Source: Mizuhopecten yessoensis
Lineage: Eukaryota
Assembly (NCBI RefSeq): GCF_002113885.1
Contig: NW_018403537.1
Location: 4,025 to 68,024 of the forward strand
DNA: 64,000 nucleotides
Direction of reading: 5' to 3'
The notes beneath the pieces were generated by a model. The model made no database searches, was not told where the DNA came from, and saw only the letters and a list, made by a program, of their open reading frames with translations. Below are positions 14,853 through 27,858 of the stretch, piece by piece (within the stretch, counting starts at the first letter, position 1; the number at the start of each line of letters is the position of its first letter). The translations under genes and the position numbers were made by a program.

Positions 14853-17522
14853 ATGATGCTGGGATAACAGAGGGCCAATGCCCTCAATATAACGGTGCTG
14901 GAGGACAGAGGGACTATAACTCTTGTCTGTATATAACGGTGCTGGAGGACAAAGGGACTATAACTCTTGTCTGTATATAGCGGTGCTGGAGGACAGAAGG
15001 ACTATATCTCTTGTCTGTATATAACGGTGCTGGATGACAGAAGGACTATAACTCATGTCTGTATATAACTGTGCTGGAGAACAGAAGGACTATAACTCTT
15101 GTCTGTATATAGCGGTCCTGGAGGACAGAAGGACAATAACTCATGTATGTATATAACGGTGCTGGACGACAGAAGGACTATAACTCTTGTCTGTATATAA
15201 CGGTTCTGGAGGACAGAGGGACTATAACTCTTGTTTGTATATAACTTGATGCTGGGATAACAGAGGGCCAATGCCCTCAATATAACGGTGCTGGAGGACA
15301 GAGGGACTATAACTCTTGTTTGTATATAACTTGATGCTGGGATAACAGAGGGCCAATGCCCTCAATATAACGGTGCTGGAGGACAGAGGGACTATAACTC
15401 TTGGCTGTATATAACGGTGCTGGACGACAGAAGGACTATAACCCTTGTCTGTATATAACTGTGCTGGACGACAGAAGGACTATAACCCCTGTCTGTATAT
15501 AACGGTGCTGGAGGACAGAGGGACTATAACTCTTGTCTGTATATAACAGTGCTGGAGGACAGAGGGACTATAACTCTTGTTTGTATATAACTTGATGCTG
15601 GGATAACAGAGGGCCAATGCCCTCAATATAACGGTGCTGGAGGACAGTGGGACTATAACTCTTGTCTGTATATAACGGTTCTGGAGGACAGAGGGACTAT
15701 AACTCTTGTTTGTATATAACTGTGCTGGAGGACAGAAGGAATATAACTCTTGTCTGTATATAACGGTGCTGGTGGACAGAAGGACTATAACTCTTGTCTG
15801 TATATAGCGGTCCTGGAGGACAGAAGGACTATAACTCATGTATGTATATAACGGTGCTGGAGGACAGAGGGACTATAACTCTTGTTTGTATATAACTTGA
15901 TGCTGGGATAACAGAGGGCCAATGCCCTCAATATAACGGTGCTGGAGGACAGAGGGACTATAACGCTTGTCTGTATATAACGGTGCTGGAGGACAAAAGG
16001 ACTATAACTCTTGTCTGTATATAACGGGGCTGGAGGACAAAGGGACTATAACTCTTGTCGGTATATAGCGGTGCTGGAGGACAGAAGGACTATATCTCAT
16101 GTCTGTATATAACGGTGCTGGAGGACAGAGGGACTATTACTCTTGTCTGTATATAACGGTGCTGGAGGACAAAGGGACTATAACTCTTGTCTGTATATAG
16201 CGGTGCTGGAGGACAGAAGGACTATATCTCTTGTCTGTATATAACGGTGCTGGATGACAGAAGGACTATAACTCATGTCTGTATATAACGATGCTGGAAG
16301 ACAGAAGGACTATAACTCATGTCTGTATATAACGGGGCTTGAGGACAGAAGGACTATAACTCTTGTCTGTATATAACGGTGTTGGACGACAGAAGGACTA
16401 TAACTCTTGTCTGTATATAACTGTGCTGGAGGACAGAAGGACTATAACTCTTGTCTGTATATAACGGTGCTGGGGGTCAGAGGGACTATAACTCTTGTCT
16501 GTATATAACGGGGCTGGAGGACAAAGGGACTATAACTCTTGTCTGTATATAACGGTGCTGGACGACAGAAGGACTATAACTCTTGTCTGTATATAACGGG
16601 GCTGGAGGACAAAGGGACTATAACTCTTGTCTGTATATAGCGGTGCTGGAGGACAGAAGGACTATAACTCTTGTCTGTATATAACGATGCTGGAAGACAG
16701 AAGGACTATAACTCATGTCTGTATATAACGGTGCTGGAGGACAGAGGGACTATAACTCTTGTCTGTATATAACGGTGCTGGAGGACAGAAGGACTATAAC
16801 TCATGTCTGTATATAACGATGCTCGGGGACAGAAGGACTATAACTAATGTCTGTATATAACGGTGCTGGAGGACAGAAGGACTATAACTCATGTCTGTAT
16901 ATAACGGTGCTGGACGACAGAAGGACTATAACCCTTGTCTGTATATAACTGTGCTGGAGGACAGAAGGACTATAACCCCTGTATGTATATAACGGTGCTG
17001 GAGGACAGAGGGACTATAACTCTTGTCTGTATATAAAGGTGCTGGACGACAGAAGGACTATAACTCTTGTCTGTATATAACGGAGCTGGAGGACAGAAGG
17101 ACTATAACTCTTGTCTGTATATAACGGTGCTGGCGGACAGAAGGACTATAACTCTTGTCTGTATATAACGATGCTGGAGGACAGAGGGACTATAACTCTT
17201 GTCTGTATATAACGGTGCTGGGGGACAGAGGGACTATAACTCTTGTCTGTATATAACGGTGCTGGACGACAGAAGGACTATAACTCTTGCCTGTATATAA
17301 CTGTGCTGGAGGACAGAAGGACTATAACCCCTGTCTGTATATAACGGTGCTGGAGGACAGAGGGACTATAACTTTTGTCTGTATATAACGGTGCTGGAGG
17401 ACAGAATGACTATAACTCTTGTCTGTATATAACGGTGATGGACGACAGAAGGACTATAACTCTTGCCTGTATATAACTGTGCTGGAGGACAGAAGGACTA
17501 TAACTCTTGTCTGTATATAACT
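14853..17522. repeat. 44-bp minisatellite, ~60 copies, with an interspersed variant unit
   Basis: Unit TATAACGGTGCTGGAGGACAGA(A/G)GGACTATAACTCTTGTCTGTA. The variant TGATGCTGGGATAACAGAGGGCCAATGCCCTCAA occurs five times, all in the left part. Confidence 0.97.
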
Positions 17523-18512
17523 GAGGACACGAATGAAACTCATTATACATTGGACTAGGAGGGCAGAGGACAAAGGAAGCGCCGTATGAGGAACGTGAAA
17601 GATAGAAGGCTATTTACACATGGTACATGGGACGGGGAAGCAGGTCAAGGATAGAGGAAAACACATATTGAAATATATCATTTAAAGGAAAAATAAATTA
17701 AAAGTTGCGTCCCTTGGATTTCAAGGTGTTTTTTATATATATTTTCCTGTTTTAAAAGAAAAAAGAAAAAATGAAACAGGGACAGTAGAACGAACATTTT
17801 AACGTGTTTTGATATAGTATGCTGCAAACGTCTTTACTGATGGCTTAAAGCTATGTAAAAACAAAACGACTTTTTATTTGAACAAATAGGGAATTTTTAC
17901 TTCAGTCTCAACGTACACAGTCTATTAATTCTCTTAAACACATTCGTTAATTTAAGATAATCCAACAAAGTTCACAGATAGCGTTTTTGAGTAAATGAAT
18001 ATTGTGACAGCTAAGTACGATTATCCAGTAGCCTGTACAATTTGTGTATTATATCAACACTGTTCTTTTGAACATAATTCCGCAAACGGTGTTCAGAACA
18101 ATTTTAGGACAAGAAAATAAGCAACGTTCTTAATGTATTTAAAAAAAAATATGTTTTGCCTTAATTTGTAATGTAAAGTTTTATAATAAAAAGGTTTATC
18201 CTTGCGCCAGGCCAATAACATTTATACATGCTTCGTGTCTATCAAAACAGTCTGACAGGTACGTTTACAAATAGTTAGATATTTTAAACGTAAAACGATT
18301 AAGTTACACTTTTCTGTAATAGATGATTATTTTTCACTATTTAAATTGTATATGACAAGGACATCGGAGAAAGTGAACGCTTAACATAGACAGTAATCCG
18401 ATACTTACGCTTCGGGATCGACTGCCTTTCTATGTAATCCTGGTTGTCTACTGACCGTTGTGTGTTATGTACCCCGACATCTGAGACGGCCACCCACTGA
18501 AGGTCTTACTCT

Positions 18513-18584
18513 GTCAATTACGTGTATTCTCAAGCAATAACAACGAAAAATTGTATTATCAACCTAAGAATACCCGTAGTCGAC
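18513..18584 (-). ncRNA. mir-137: microRNA mir-137 precursor hairpin
   Basis: Minus strand reads GTCGACT-ACGGGTATTCTTAGGTTGATAAT-ACAATTTTTCGTTG-TTATTGCTTGAGAATACACGTAA-TTGAC. The 3p arm (18518-18540) matches the invertebrate miR-137 sequence I recall (UAUUGCUUGAGAAUACACGUA). The 5p arm (18555-18577) matches the miR-137 star arm. The arms pair, and CNNC (CTTC, 18499-18502) lies 16-17 nt downstream. Confidence 0.96.
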
Positions 18585-18794
18585 TAAGTGGTTCTCTTGG
18601 TGGTTTGGCGAATCCGGATTTTTGACATGTAACTTCTGAATCCGTGAATAGCTCTGCAGATTTCCGACAAACGTGGTATGAAGCAAGACCACTAATGCCA
18701 AGTGGTCAGCGACTGTATACGCTGTGATGGTCAGTGCCAGTTAAACAGTGATGGACACGTCTGATGACAACTGGAGATGAGCTTTGTAAAGGTG

Positions 18795-18950
18795 TCGTTG
18801 ATTGGAATTTGATGCTAATGACCACACTATGGGACGAGAGAACGTGATGACAAGTCCCCACGCCCTCCCGCCGCACGTGTGGCCGCTCAGGGGCGTGGTC
18901 CAGTCTCGCACCTGTGCAGGTAACCCAGGTAACGGAGCGCCAGGTAGCGA
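18795..18950 (-). promoter_or_regulatory. Candidate promoter or proximal enhancer of the mir-137 primary transcript
   Basis: GC-rich island 220-370 bp upstream of the hairpin. Contains CCAAT (18801-18805, minus), KLF/Sp boxes CCCCACGCCC (18856-18865) and GGGGCGTGG (18890-18898), E-boxes CACGTG (18874) and CACCTG (18909), and three CAGGTA (18917, 18926, 18941). Confidence 0.5.
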
Positions 18951-20696
18951 ACAACACCTCTGGGTTCATCATCGACCACTATGTACACATACAAAGAGAT
19001 ATACTTCAATAGCTATATTAATTAACAAAAAGAAGTCTTCAACACGTGATAACTGAAATTATGATTCCAAAAATACATAACAATGCTACGAACCAATGAT
19101 AAAGGAAACGAAAAAAGGGACAACGAGAAAGAAAACGTGAAGCTGGAGATAGTTATACTTGTGGTGCCACAGATCGTGCATTTTAAGGATCAATTTAATT
19201 TCTAAAAAGAAAAAACCCCGCTGTCTCGTGTAATTCTAGTGATTTTGTTTTTTAACAGTTTTCCCGAAAGAATTTCAAATCTGATCTCATTTGTATTTCA
19301 CGAAACTTAACAAACAATCTAAACATTATATCATTTATATATCAGAATGATCGTAAAAACATGGTTGTATAACGTGCAATATACATGTCGTATCAATATC
19401 AGGATGAAGCGGACCTTCTCGCTGTCTTGCATTACATAAAACTGCATTCGGATCTATGCGCTAAGGATAACATTGAACATGATAAATTTATATACCTGTT
19501 TAAAAATACACTAAGTGGTGATTTAGTTTATGCATATGCCTACCAAATATTGTTATTGGCATATTGTTATATAATTTATACTTTTGAATTCAAACAGAAT
19601 TTGTACAATTGCAAATTAAATTTTTCGATTTTTTTATGTAACCTTCATGAAACTTTAAGAAATTATAAATTCAGTAACAAAAATATTTGCTTATAAAAAT
19701 ATTTCATTCGTTTATTTAACTTGACAATAAAATACGACAATTTTTCTTGTGATGAAATAGATTCTTTTATTGAAACGTTAAGAATATAGACCATGCGTCC
19801 ACTTGAATATATATTTTTATGCAGTCGACAGTTTTATACTACAGAGAAAGCAAGATATCTTTTCTATAATTAATGAAAGGGTTGAAATTCAAACGCAAAT
19901 TTTGAGAAGTAAAGATTGAGTTTGCGCAGTATCGTATCAATAAAACAATGTATGAAGTTGCGAGAAACAGACAAGCAGTTTTACCAAAAACAACTGACGA
20001 AGAATTTGTTACAACGAAAATAAATGTCTTCTAGATGTATACAAGGTGAAAGTTGAGAAAGAAATCAATTATTGATGTAGTTTTAACTAAAATCCTATGG
20101 ACTTAAAAAAGAGAGAAGCTTACAGAAGTGATCTTGTTTCTTCCTTATATTTATAAAACATGCAATATTGTTACAAAGACACCCGATACTGCCTGGCCGC
20201 ACAACGGGCTGTCAGAAGAAAATACCTTTAGATCCTAGATCTCCGCCACGGCAGCCCCAGACTAATATACCAGAGTAGATGAAGGACTCGTCCACAATAG
20301 TCTAGAATTAGCACACTAGATTCCGACTTGAGGCATCCTGGATACTAGACTCCACCACTATGTCAATTTGTCATCAGCCGTAGCCGTGCATTGTTGCACA
20401 CAACATCATCGGATCAGCTCGGCAGGCAGAGCACGTGACTGAAGTGACGGGGGATGCGACACTCTCCTACATTGACACACGCACGACTTCCCCTATTGAT
20501 CCGTACCAAGTATACAGCATTGTTCTTTCTATTCTCAATGTACGCTTTGAAGCTTTTCTGCCGTATGGCCATGGATAAATGATGATGAATTTGACTCGGG
20601 GAAAGCAACTCATTCCTGTGTGTGACAGTTCAGTAATATCACCACCTTGTGGCGGTTACGGAGGCTAGACCGTCATAACTCGATACGTATATAACC

Positions 20697-21797
20697 GCTA
20701 GATACCTGCCTGAACGCTAGATACCTGTCTGACAGCTAGACACCTGTCTGATTGCTAGATACCTGCCTGACAGCTAGATATCTGTCTAAACGCTAGACAC
20801 CTGTCTGATTGCTAGATACCTGCCTGACAGCTAGACACCTATATTACCAGTAGACTTCTGTCTGAACGCTAGATATCTGTCTGACTGCAAGATACATGTC
20901 TGAAAGCTAGATACCTGTCTGAACGCTAGATACCTGTCTGATTGCTAGCCACCTGTCTGATTGCAAGATCCCTGTCTGATTGCTAGACCCCTGTCTGATT
21001 GCTAGATACCTGTCTGAACTCTAGATTCCTGTCTGAACGCTAGATCCCTGTCTGATTGCTAGACACCTGTCTGATTGCTAGATACCTGTCTGAACTCTAG
21101 ATACCTGTCTGAACGCTAGATACCTGCCTGACAGCTAGACACCTGTATTACCAGTAGACTTCTGTCTGAACGCTAGATATCAGTCTGACTGCAAGATACC
21201 TGTCTGAAAGCTAGATACCTGTCTGAACGCTAGATACCTGTCTGATTGCTAGACACCTGTATTACCAGTAGACTTCTGTCTGAAAGCTAGATACCTGTCT
21301 GAACGCTAGATACCTGTCTGATTGCTAGACACCTGTCTGATTGCTAGATACCTGTCTGATTGCTAGACACCTGTCTGATTGCTAGATACCTGTCTGAACG
21401 CTAGATACCTGTCTGAACACTAGATACCTGCCTGACAGCTAGACACCTGTATTACCAGTAGACTTCTGTCTGAACGCTAGATATCTGTCTGACTGCAAGA
21501 TACCTGTCTGAAAGCTAGATACCTGTCTGAACGCTAGATACCTGTCTGATTGCTAGACACCTGTATTACCAGTAGACTTCTGTCTGAAAGCTAGATACCT
21601 GGTCGAACGCTAGATACATGTCTGATAGCTAGACACCTGTCTGATTGCTAGATACCTGCCTGACAGCTAGACACCTGTCTGATTGCTAGATACCTGTCTG
21701 ATTGCTAGACACCTGTCTGATTGCTAGATACCTGTCTGAACGCTAGATACCTGTCTGAACGCTAGATACCTGTCTGATTGCTAGATACCTGTCTGAC
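20697..21797. repeat. ~19-bp minisatellite, ~58 copies
   Basis: Unit GCTAGA(T/C)ACCTGTCTGA(TT/AC). The variant block ATTACCAGTAGACTTCTG recurs five times, giving higher-order structure. Confidence 0.95.
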
Positions 21798-23108
21798 TAG
21801 TACTGATAGAATCTTGGTTGACCGCTTGATACTTGTATGACTGAAAGATACAGTAGAAAAGGCAATTTGTATATATATTCGACAATTTGTACCATTCTAC
21901 CATAAGGCGTAAAAGGTCTACTGTCCGATGTAGAAATAAAAGGGTTGAGTGTGCCATTCGACCTCAATATAATCAGAATACACCAATTGCGTTGATTTGC
22001 TGATGTTTTGAAACAAGGATCCTCTTGCAACTGACTGTAACAGTCCTGAAATATTTCTGTCTTTCAAAATCATATTCTAGAAAAAATAAGATGAATGTTA
22101 AAATTTCAGGACAATTTTGTCCAGGGAAACGTTTTTAAGTGTGAAATCTTTTCTACAGAATAACATTTTCAGAACAGTATAAATTATGCTGATGTGAGGT
22201 GACAGTCAAAAGTCTAATGTCACCACGTTGTTAACGTCTTGCTGGATTGTCACAAAATGTTTGTTCTCCATACCATACCTTGAAAACCGTTAAGTTTTCA
22301 TAATGACACTTGAAACCGCATTACGCGCAGACGCCATGCAATGTACCAGAGTTAGGTAATTTCCGTATCTTTTGTAACTTAGCGCAATAGGTTGCTCCAT
22401 TAAAAGCGAGTTTACACAAGTAATTAAATAGGAAGTGATGGGTCGGGATAGTGAAGACTAACATGGGGAAAGATGTTGGGGACCGGCTTCACGTACAGGT
22501 TGATGAAGATGTTGGTGACGTATGTCGATCCTCTCAACCCTTGTCGAACGTCATGCCGAGGACACATTTATTTGGCGAACCAATCATGCCGGACACATTT
22601 TGAAGGATGCAATAATACAGCGCCCCCGGAGGGACATGTTCATTCCGCTAGCAGGGGTCTTCAAACAACACACAATAAACCCCGTATTGATGTGTTTGAT
22701 GTTTGATATTTTGGTCAATATTTGAAGAAAAAAAAAATCAAAGTGTTTTACAAAATGTAATGGTCTAACGGGTCATGACTCTGGAAAAGAGATCGAAATT
22801 ATACCTCCAATATATATTCCGGGAAGATAATCTGTTGCATTAACTTTTTATGGCTTGAATTTGACATTGTTCTCCGTCTTATATCTAGGTTAGTATATTG
22901 ATTATACAATAAAGAATGGAATATTAATTTCTTGACATTGATTGGTTTCTTTGCCGTGTCATAAATTGTAATAAAAGTGTACCACAAATGTATTTCTAAC
23001 ATCGGGTTTCTCGATGTGTTTGTTTTAGTAAACATGAAGCAGGAATTAAGAGGGCTGTTAACATGTAGGTTCCCGAAAACGATATCAGGAAACATAGGTG
23101 CAACGAAT

Positions 23109-24670
23109 TACCTAGAGACAAAAAACTACCTAGAGACAACATATCATGCCTGATGTCGACATCAATCTACCAAGAGACAACACCATCATGCCTATTAACG
23201 ACACAAAACGACCTAGTGACGATATCATCATTCCTAGTGACTACACCAAACTACCTAGTGACGACATCATCAAACCGATTGACGACACCAAAACACCAAG
23301 AGACGGCATCATCATGACAAGTGACGACACCAAACCATCTAGAGACAACATCATCATGCCTAGCGACGACACCAATTACCTAGTGACGACATCATCATGC
23401 CTAGTAAGGACACCAAACCATCTAGTGACGTCATCATCGTGACTAGAGAAGACACCAAACTACCTAGAGACAACATCACCCTGCCTAGTAACGACACCAA
23501 ACTACCTATAGACAACATCATCATGCCTAGTAAGGACACCAAACTACCTAGTGACGACATCATCCTGACTAGAGAAGACACCAAACTACTTAGAAACAAC
23601 ATCATCATGCCTAGCGACAACACCAAACTACTTAGAAACAACATCATCATGCCTAGTAACGACACCAAACTACCTAGAGATAAGATCATCATGCCTAGTA
23701 ACGACACCAAACTACCTAGAGACAATGCAGCATGCCTAGTGACGACACAAAACTTCAATGTACTTAGTGACGACCCACCCTACCTAGAGACGACACCATC
23801 ATACCATGTGACGACACCACGCTGCCTAGTGATGACACCAAGCTTCAATGTTCCTAGTGATGACCCCACCCTACCTAGAAACGGCATCATCAAGCCTGGT
23901 GACGACACCTAACAACAATGTACCTAGAGACATCAAACTACCTAGTGACGAAATCAAACTACCTAGTGACGACCCCATCCTTCCTGTAGACGACACCACA
24001 TTGCCTATTGTTGACACCACCATTCCAAGTGATGACATTCCTAACTACCTAGTGACGATACCAAACTACTTAGTGACGATACCACATTGCCTAGTAACGA
24101 AAACAAACGACCTAACTATGACACCGCCATGCCAAGGGATGACACCAAACTACTACGTGACGGTGTCCCACCTAGATCCATTACGAAACATCCATGTGAC
24201 GACACCACGCTGCCTAGTGATGACATAAAACTACATGTTAAAGTCATCACAATTCTTAGTGATGACGTCAAGCTACCTAGTGACGACAATATCCTTCCTA
24301 GTGACGACACCAAACTACCTAGGGACGACACCATCATGCCTCGTGATGAGCCCAGACTACCTAAACGACACCGCCCTGCCTAGTTACGTTACTGAACAAC
24401 CGAGTGACGACACCAAACTACCTAGTGAGGACAAAATCTGCCTAGTTACAACACCAAACTACCTAGCAACGACACCATCCTGCCTAGTTAAATTACTAAA
24501 CAACCGAGTGACGACACCAAACTATCTAGTGACGACAAAATCTGCCTAGTTACAACACCAAACTCCCTAGCGACTACGCCACCCTGCCTAGTTACAACAC
24601 CAAACAACCTAGTGATGACAATACCCTTATTAAATACAACACCAAACTACTATTGACGATATCATCTTTC
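23109..24670. repeat. Degenerate 21-bp minisatellite (42-bp dimer)
   Basis: Units CCTAGTGACGACACCAAACTA and CCTAGAGACAACATCATCATG translate as PSDDTKL and PRDNIIM repeats across several shifting frames. Confidence 0.9.
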
Positions 24671-27600
24671 TTACTCTAACAAAGTACGGAACCAACATAC
24701 AGAGTGGCGACCTACTACGTAATGAAAACACTTAGTTTTCAAATGAGAACAAGCTGAACTGTGACAATACCGACCCAACAAAAAAACACTGACTTATACA
24801 GTGACATGGTCTGGATAGTTTCGAAAACTGACCTATATTATCGCATTGCATGATTGCAAGATACCAAAGTCCATTACGGGACTCCTTGTAGAATCAGGGA
24901 TATTTTCCTGTGCAATCGTCTCGGGGACTTAAATACTTCTTTTTCTTTGTTATTCACCTACTATTTCCTTTCGGCGGTGTCTAAGTACCCTTTTGCTTGA
25001 CCATGGTGAGACTCTTTCTTGCTACCTTTTTAAATTTTGCTCTCGGTGACATGGCTCGTTAGAATGAGCCTGGTTGAAATTTTTGCTCCAAACACTAGAG
25101 CTGTTGTGATAACACAAAACAAAGAACCTGCCCAATGACGAAACCGGCTTACTTAGTTACGGCTTCAACAAAAATGTGATGACTCTAACATACCTTGTTA
25201 ATACTACAACCAATCACGTGAAGTCCCCAACCTTATATTACTTGTCGACACAAATCAGCTTAGGGACGAAAACAAACTACATCAAACTGCCTGTATTGAC
25301 AATAAATACGTACCGTGTGTTACCGCGTGGTTACACATATACAACAATAACAACAACAACAAACAGTTATTTCATTTTTGGCAGCAGCATACTTTGTCGC
25401 TGTGGACAATGACTCTGACAATGTACTGAACGTACTTGCACAAATGCATTGAAATGCTTGGCGTAATGTGAAGCGGTTTAACAAATATGTGTGCAGCACC
25501 TTGTTAAAACAATGCTGGAATATGTACAAAACTAAACACTGTGAACTGATATCACCGTCATCTGCCATTTATATTTACCATCATTCCTCTTCATATTTTT
25601 ATCTTCATTACAAAATAAATCGTGGTGCACCAGATCAATGCCATTGTACCGTTTACATTTATTACTATGGAAACACTATATATCAACTAGCGATATCGGT
25701 GTCCAGATAACAAGCACCCAATGATGAACTAAACATCTGTGAACAAGCAAATAAAGCGATTCTGACCTACAATTGACAAGGTCTGTCCCGCCAGTGATGG
25801 TCGGCAAAACGACGATAATTGCTCAATGGACGGACGGACTGTAGCCATCAAACACACACTCCACCACATGCTTTGCCTAATTAGTAATAAGCCATATACG
25901 AGAAAAACGTTGTCTCGACCCGAATGAGTCTCAGCATTGCACTAGAGTTGTCTTATATGGTGTAATTTGTCAGCGTAAATGGCTTTATATGCTGATGTGA
26001 TGTCTGCATCCATCAAGAAATCGAAAACACCTGTTAAAATATTCATGATGTGTTTTATCATTGCGAGCCCATGGGTATTGGGGAAGGCCTGTATCGAAGG
26101 CCTTGTATTGGCACTTTTATGACGAGTGACCCAGATGTCGAGCTGTGACACCCGCCTCTACTACATGTGGTGTGTAAACACAGTGATGTGTCCGTTTATT
26201 GGTGACGTCAGCGCGGTCAGTACTACATATGTACCGATTACGAATATTTAGATCTTACCATGCGATACATGTACTTGACTGAAGTCCGAATTAATATGGC
26301 ATAAAACTGACTCATTTGTAGAAACAAAATAGCGGTGCAACTTAACATCATGCATACATGACTCAAATGTCATTATGTTACCTCGTTGCGTGGCTCTGGT
26401 GATAAACATATTCCCCTTTTCATAAACTGATCATTCGTCCCGTGTGTCCCATACAATCGCCCTCCTGTACGCACCTCGCTTATTTTGTCGCAAGTGAAGG
26501 CAATAATTTGCTTGTTTTAATATCATTTCATACGTACACACTACTGAACATCAAATTATAACAGCCCAAGGTACCATGGTATAGATTTTTTGATGAGTTA
26601 TTGCCCGGCTACGCCAGGCAGGTTTTCGCGCCATCAATTGTGACGTCCAGAATTGTATTTACACCTCAAATCCATGTCATCGCTCCGACATGCTTTCTTT
26701 GTGGTTGGGTTTTATGAATGGTTATGGCGGCGATGACGACATTGTAATTTCGAAGGTCTGTATGATTGATTTATTTATAAATTTTCAGAGATTGAAGCAC
26801 GACAGTTACATAACTTCGAGAACCTTAGAATGGGTACTGCCGCTAAATGTCACAGCGCACTGTGATAGCATATAACCTATATTGTGTAACACTACCCAAC
26901 AGAAAGACGGTCGTACATGTCGCGACAATCTCATCAACGTCAATGAATGGACGTTTTATATTTCTGAGAGTCGCCGATACTAATTTGCTTTGCGTACGGT
27001 GATTGTCAATTTGATACCTTCCTGAAACTTTGACCTCGCTTCTATGCCCGATAGCATGTCCTGTGGCCATTTAGTACTGTGGTTTCAACTTGATTTAAAT
27101 GACATTTATAACTGAGTAATCTTACGTATTACTCTATATACCAAATCGAATCAGTCTACTTTTATGAATATAAAAACCATGAACACATGTTTTTTTTAGT
27201 GACAAAAGGATCTTTACACATTTTTTCATATTTGTAAACGATCGTTTGACCTCGTGACCTGGTTAAGCGGAGACAGCGGTACACAGAATATAGCTGGAAT
27301 TACTGATCATGGCGACAAACGTTTATGGTGTAATATCGACGGACCTCACACTTTCGTGTGTTTTATTTTGATAAATGGCGAATATTAACCATATATATGG
27401 TAGAATGCTCCTTCGTAATGTTCTTGGTCGATATGAAAGACACCATGCTCTGTCATACTCTTGTCTATCGTACCGTCACAGCAGCCTGTCAACTGTCCGG
27501 CTATCTAAAAATAGATTTAGTCAAGGATGACATATACATATTCATATATTAAAACAGCAAATAAAACACAAATACTAAATGTTACTCTGACCAGCATTAA

Positions 27601-27858
27601 AAAAGATTTGTTTGGAAAGATATAAAAATGCCACCTCCAACGGTACCTATCTTCAATGTTTAAAGGACATTCATAAATGACAATTATCCTGACATAACAC
27701 AAATTTCCTGCAAAGTGTTAAAGACATTTGATTTAAAATAGGTTTATCTGTTAACTGGATGACTTCTGACCAATTTATGACAAAAAGAAATATTGTAACA
27801 CAAGCGACGGTGTCAGGAATGACCTCGCACTAGAGTTGTCCGTCCCCTGGTCCAGTGA

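Noticed and set aside
13865-17522. CRISPR-like repeat/spacer pattern
   Set aside because: The intervening sequences are themselves repeated variants, not unique spacers. There are no cas genes and the context is eukaryotic.
18887-18978. Possible short terminal coding exon VDDEPRGVVRYLALRYLGYLHRCETGPRP* (minus)
   Set aside because: No recognisable family or upstream exon. The sequence is better explained as the CAGGTA and GC-box regulatory cluster.
21797-22725. Possible two-exon small protein on the minus strand and overlapping plus-strand ORFs
   Set aside because: No identifiable domain in any frame and weak splice signals. Kept only as possible non-coding exons.
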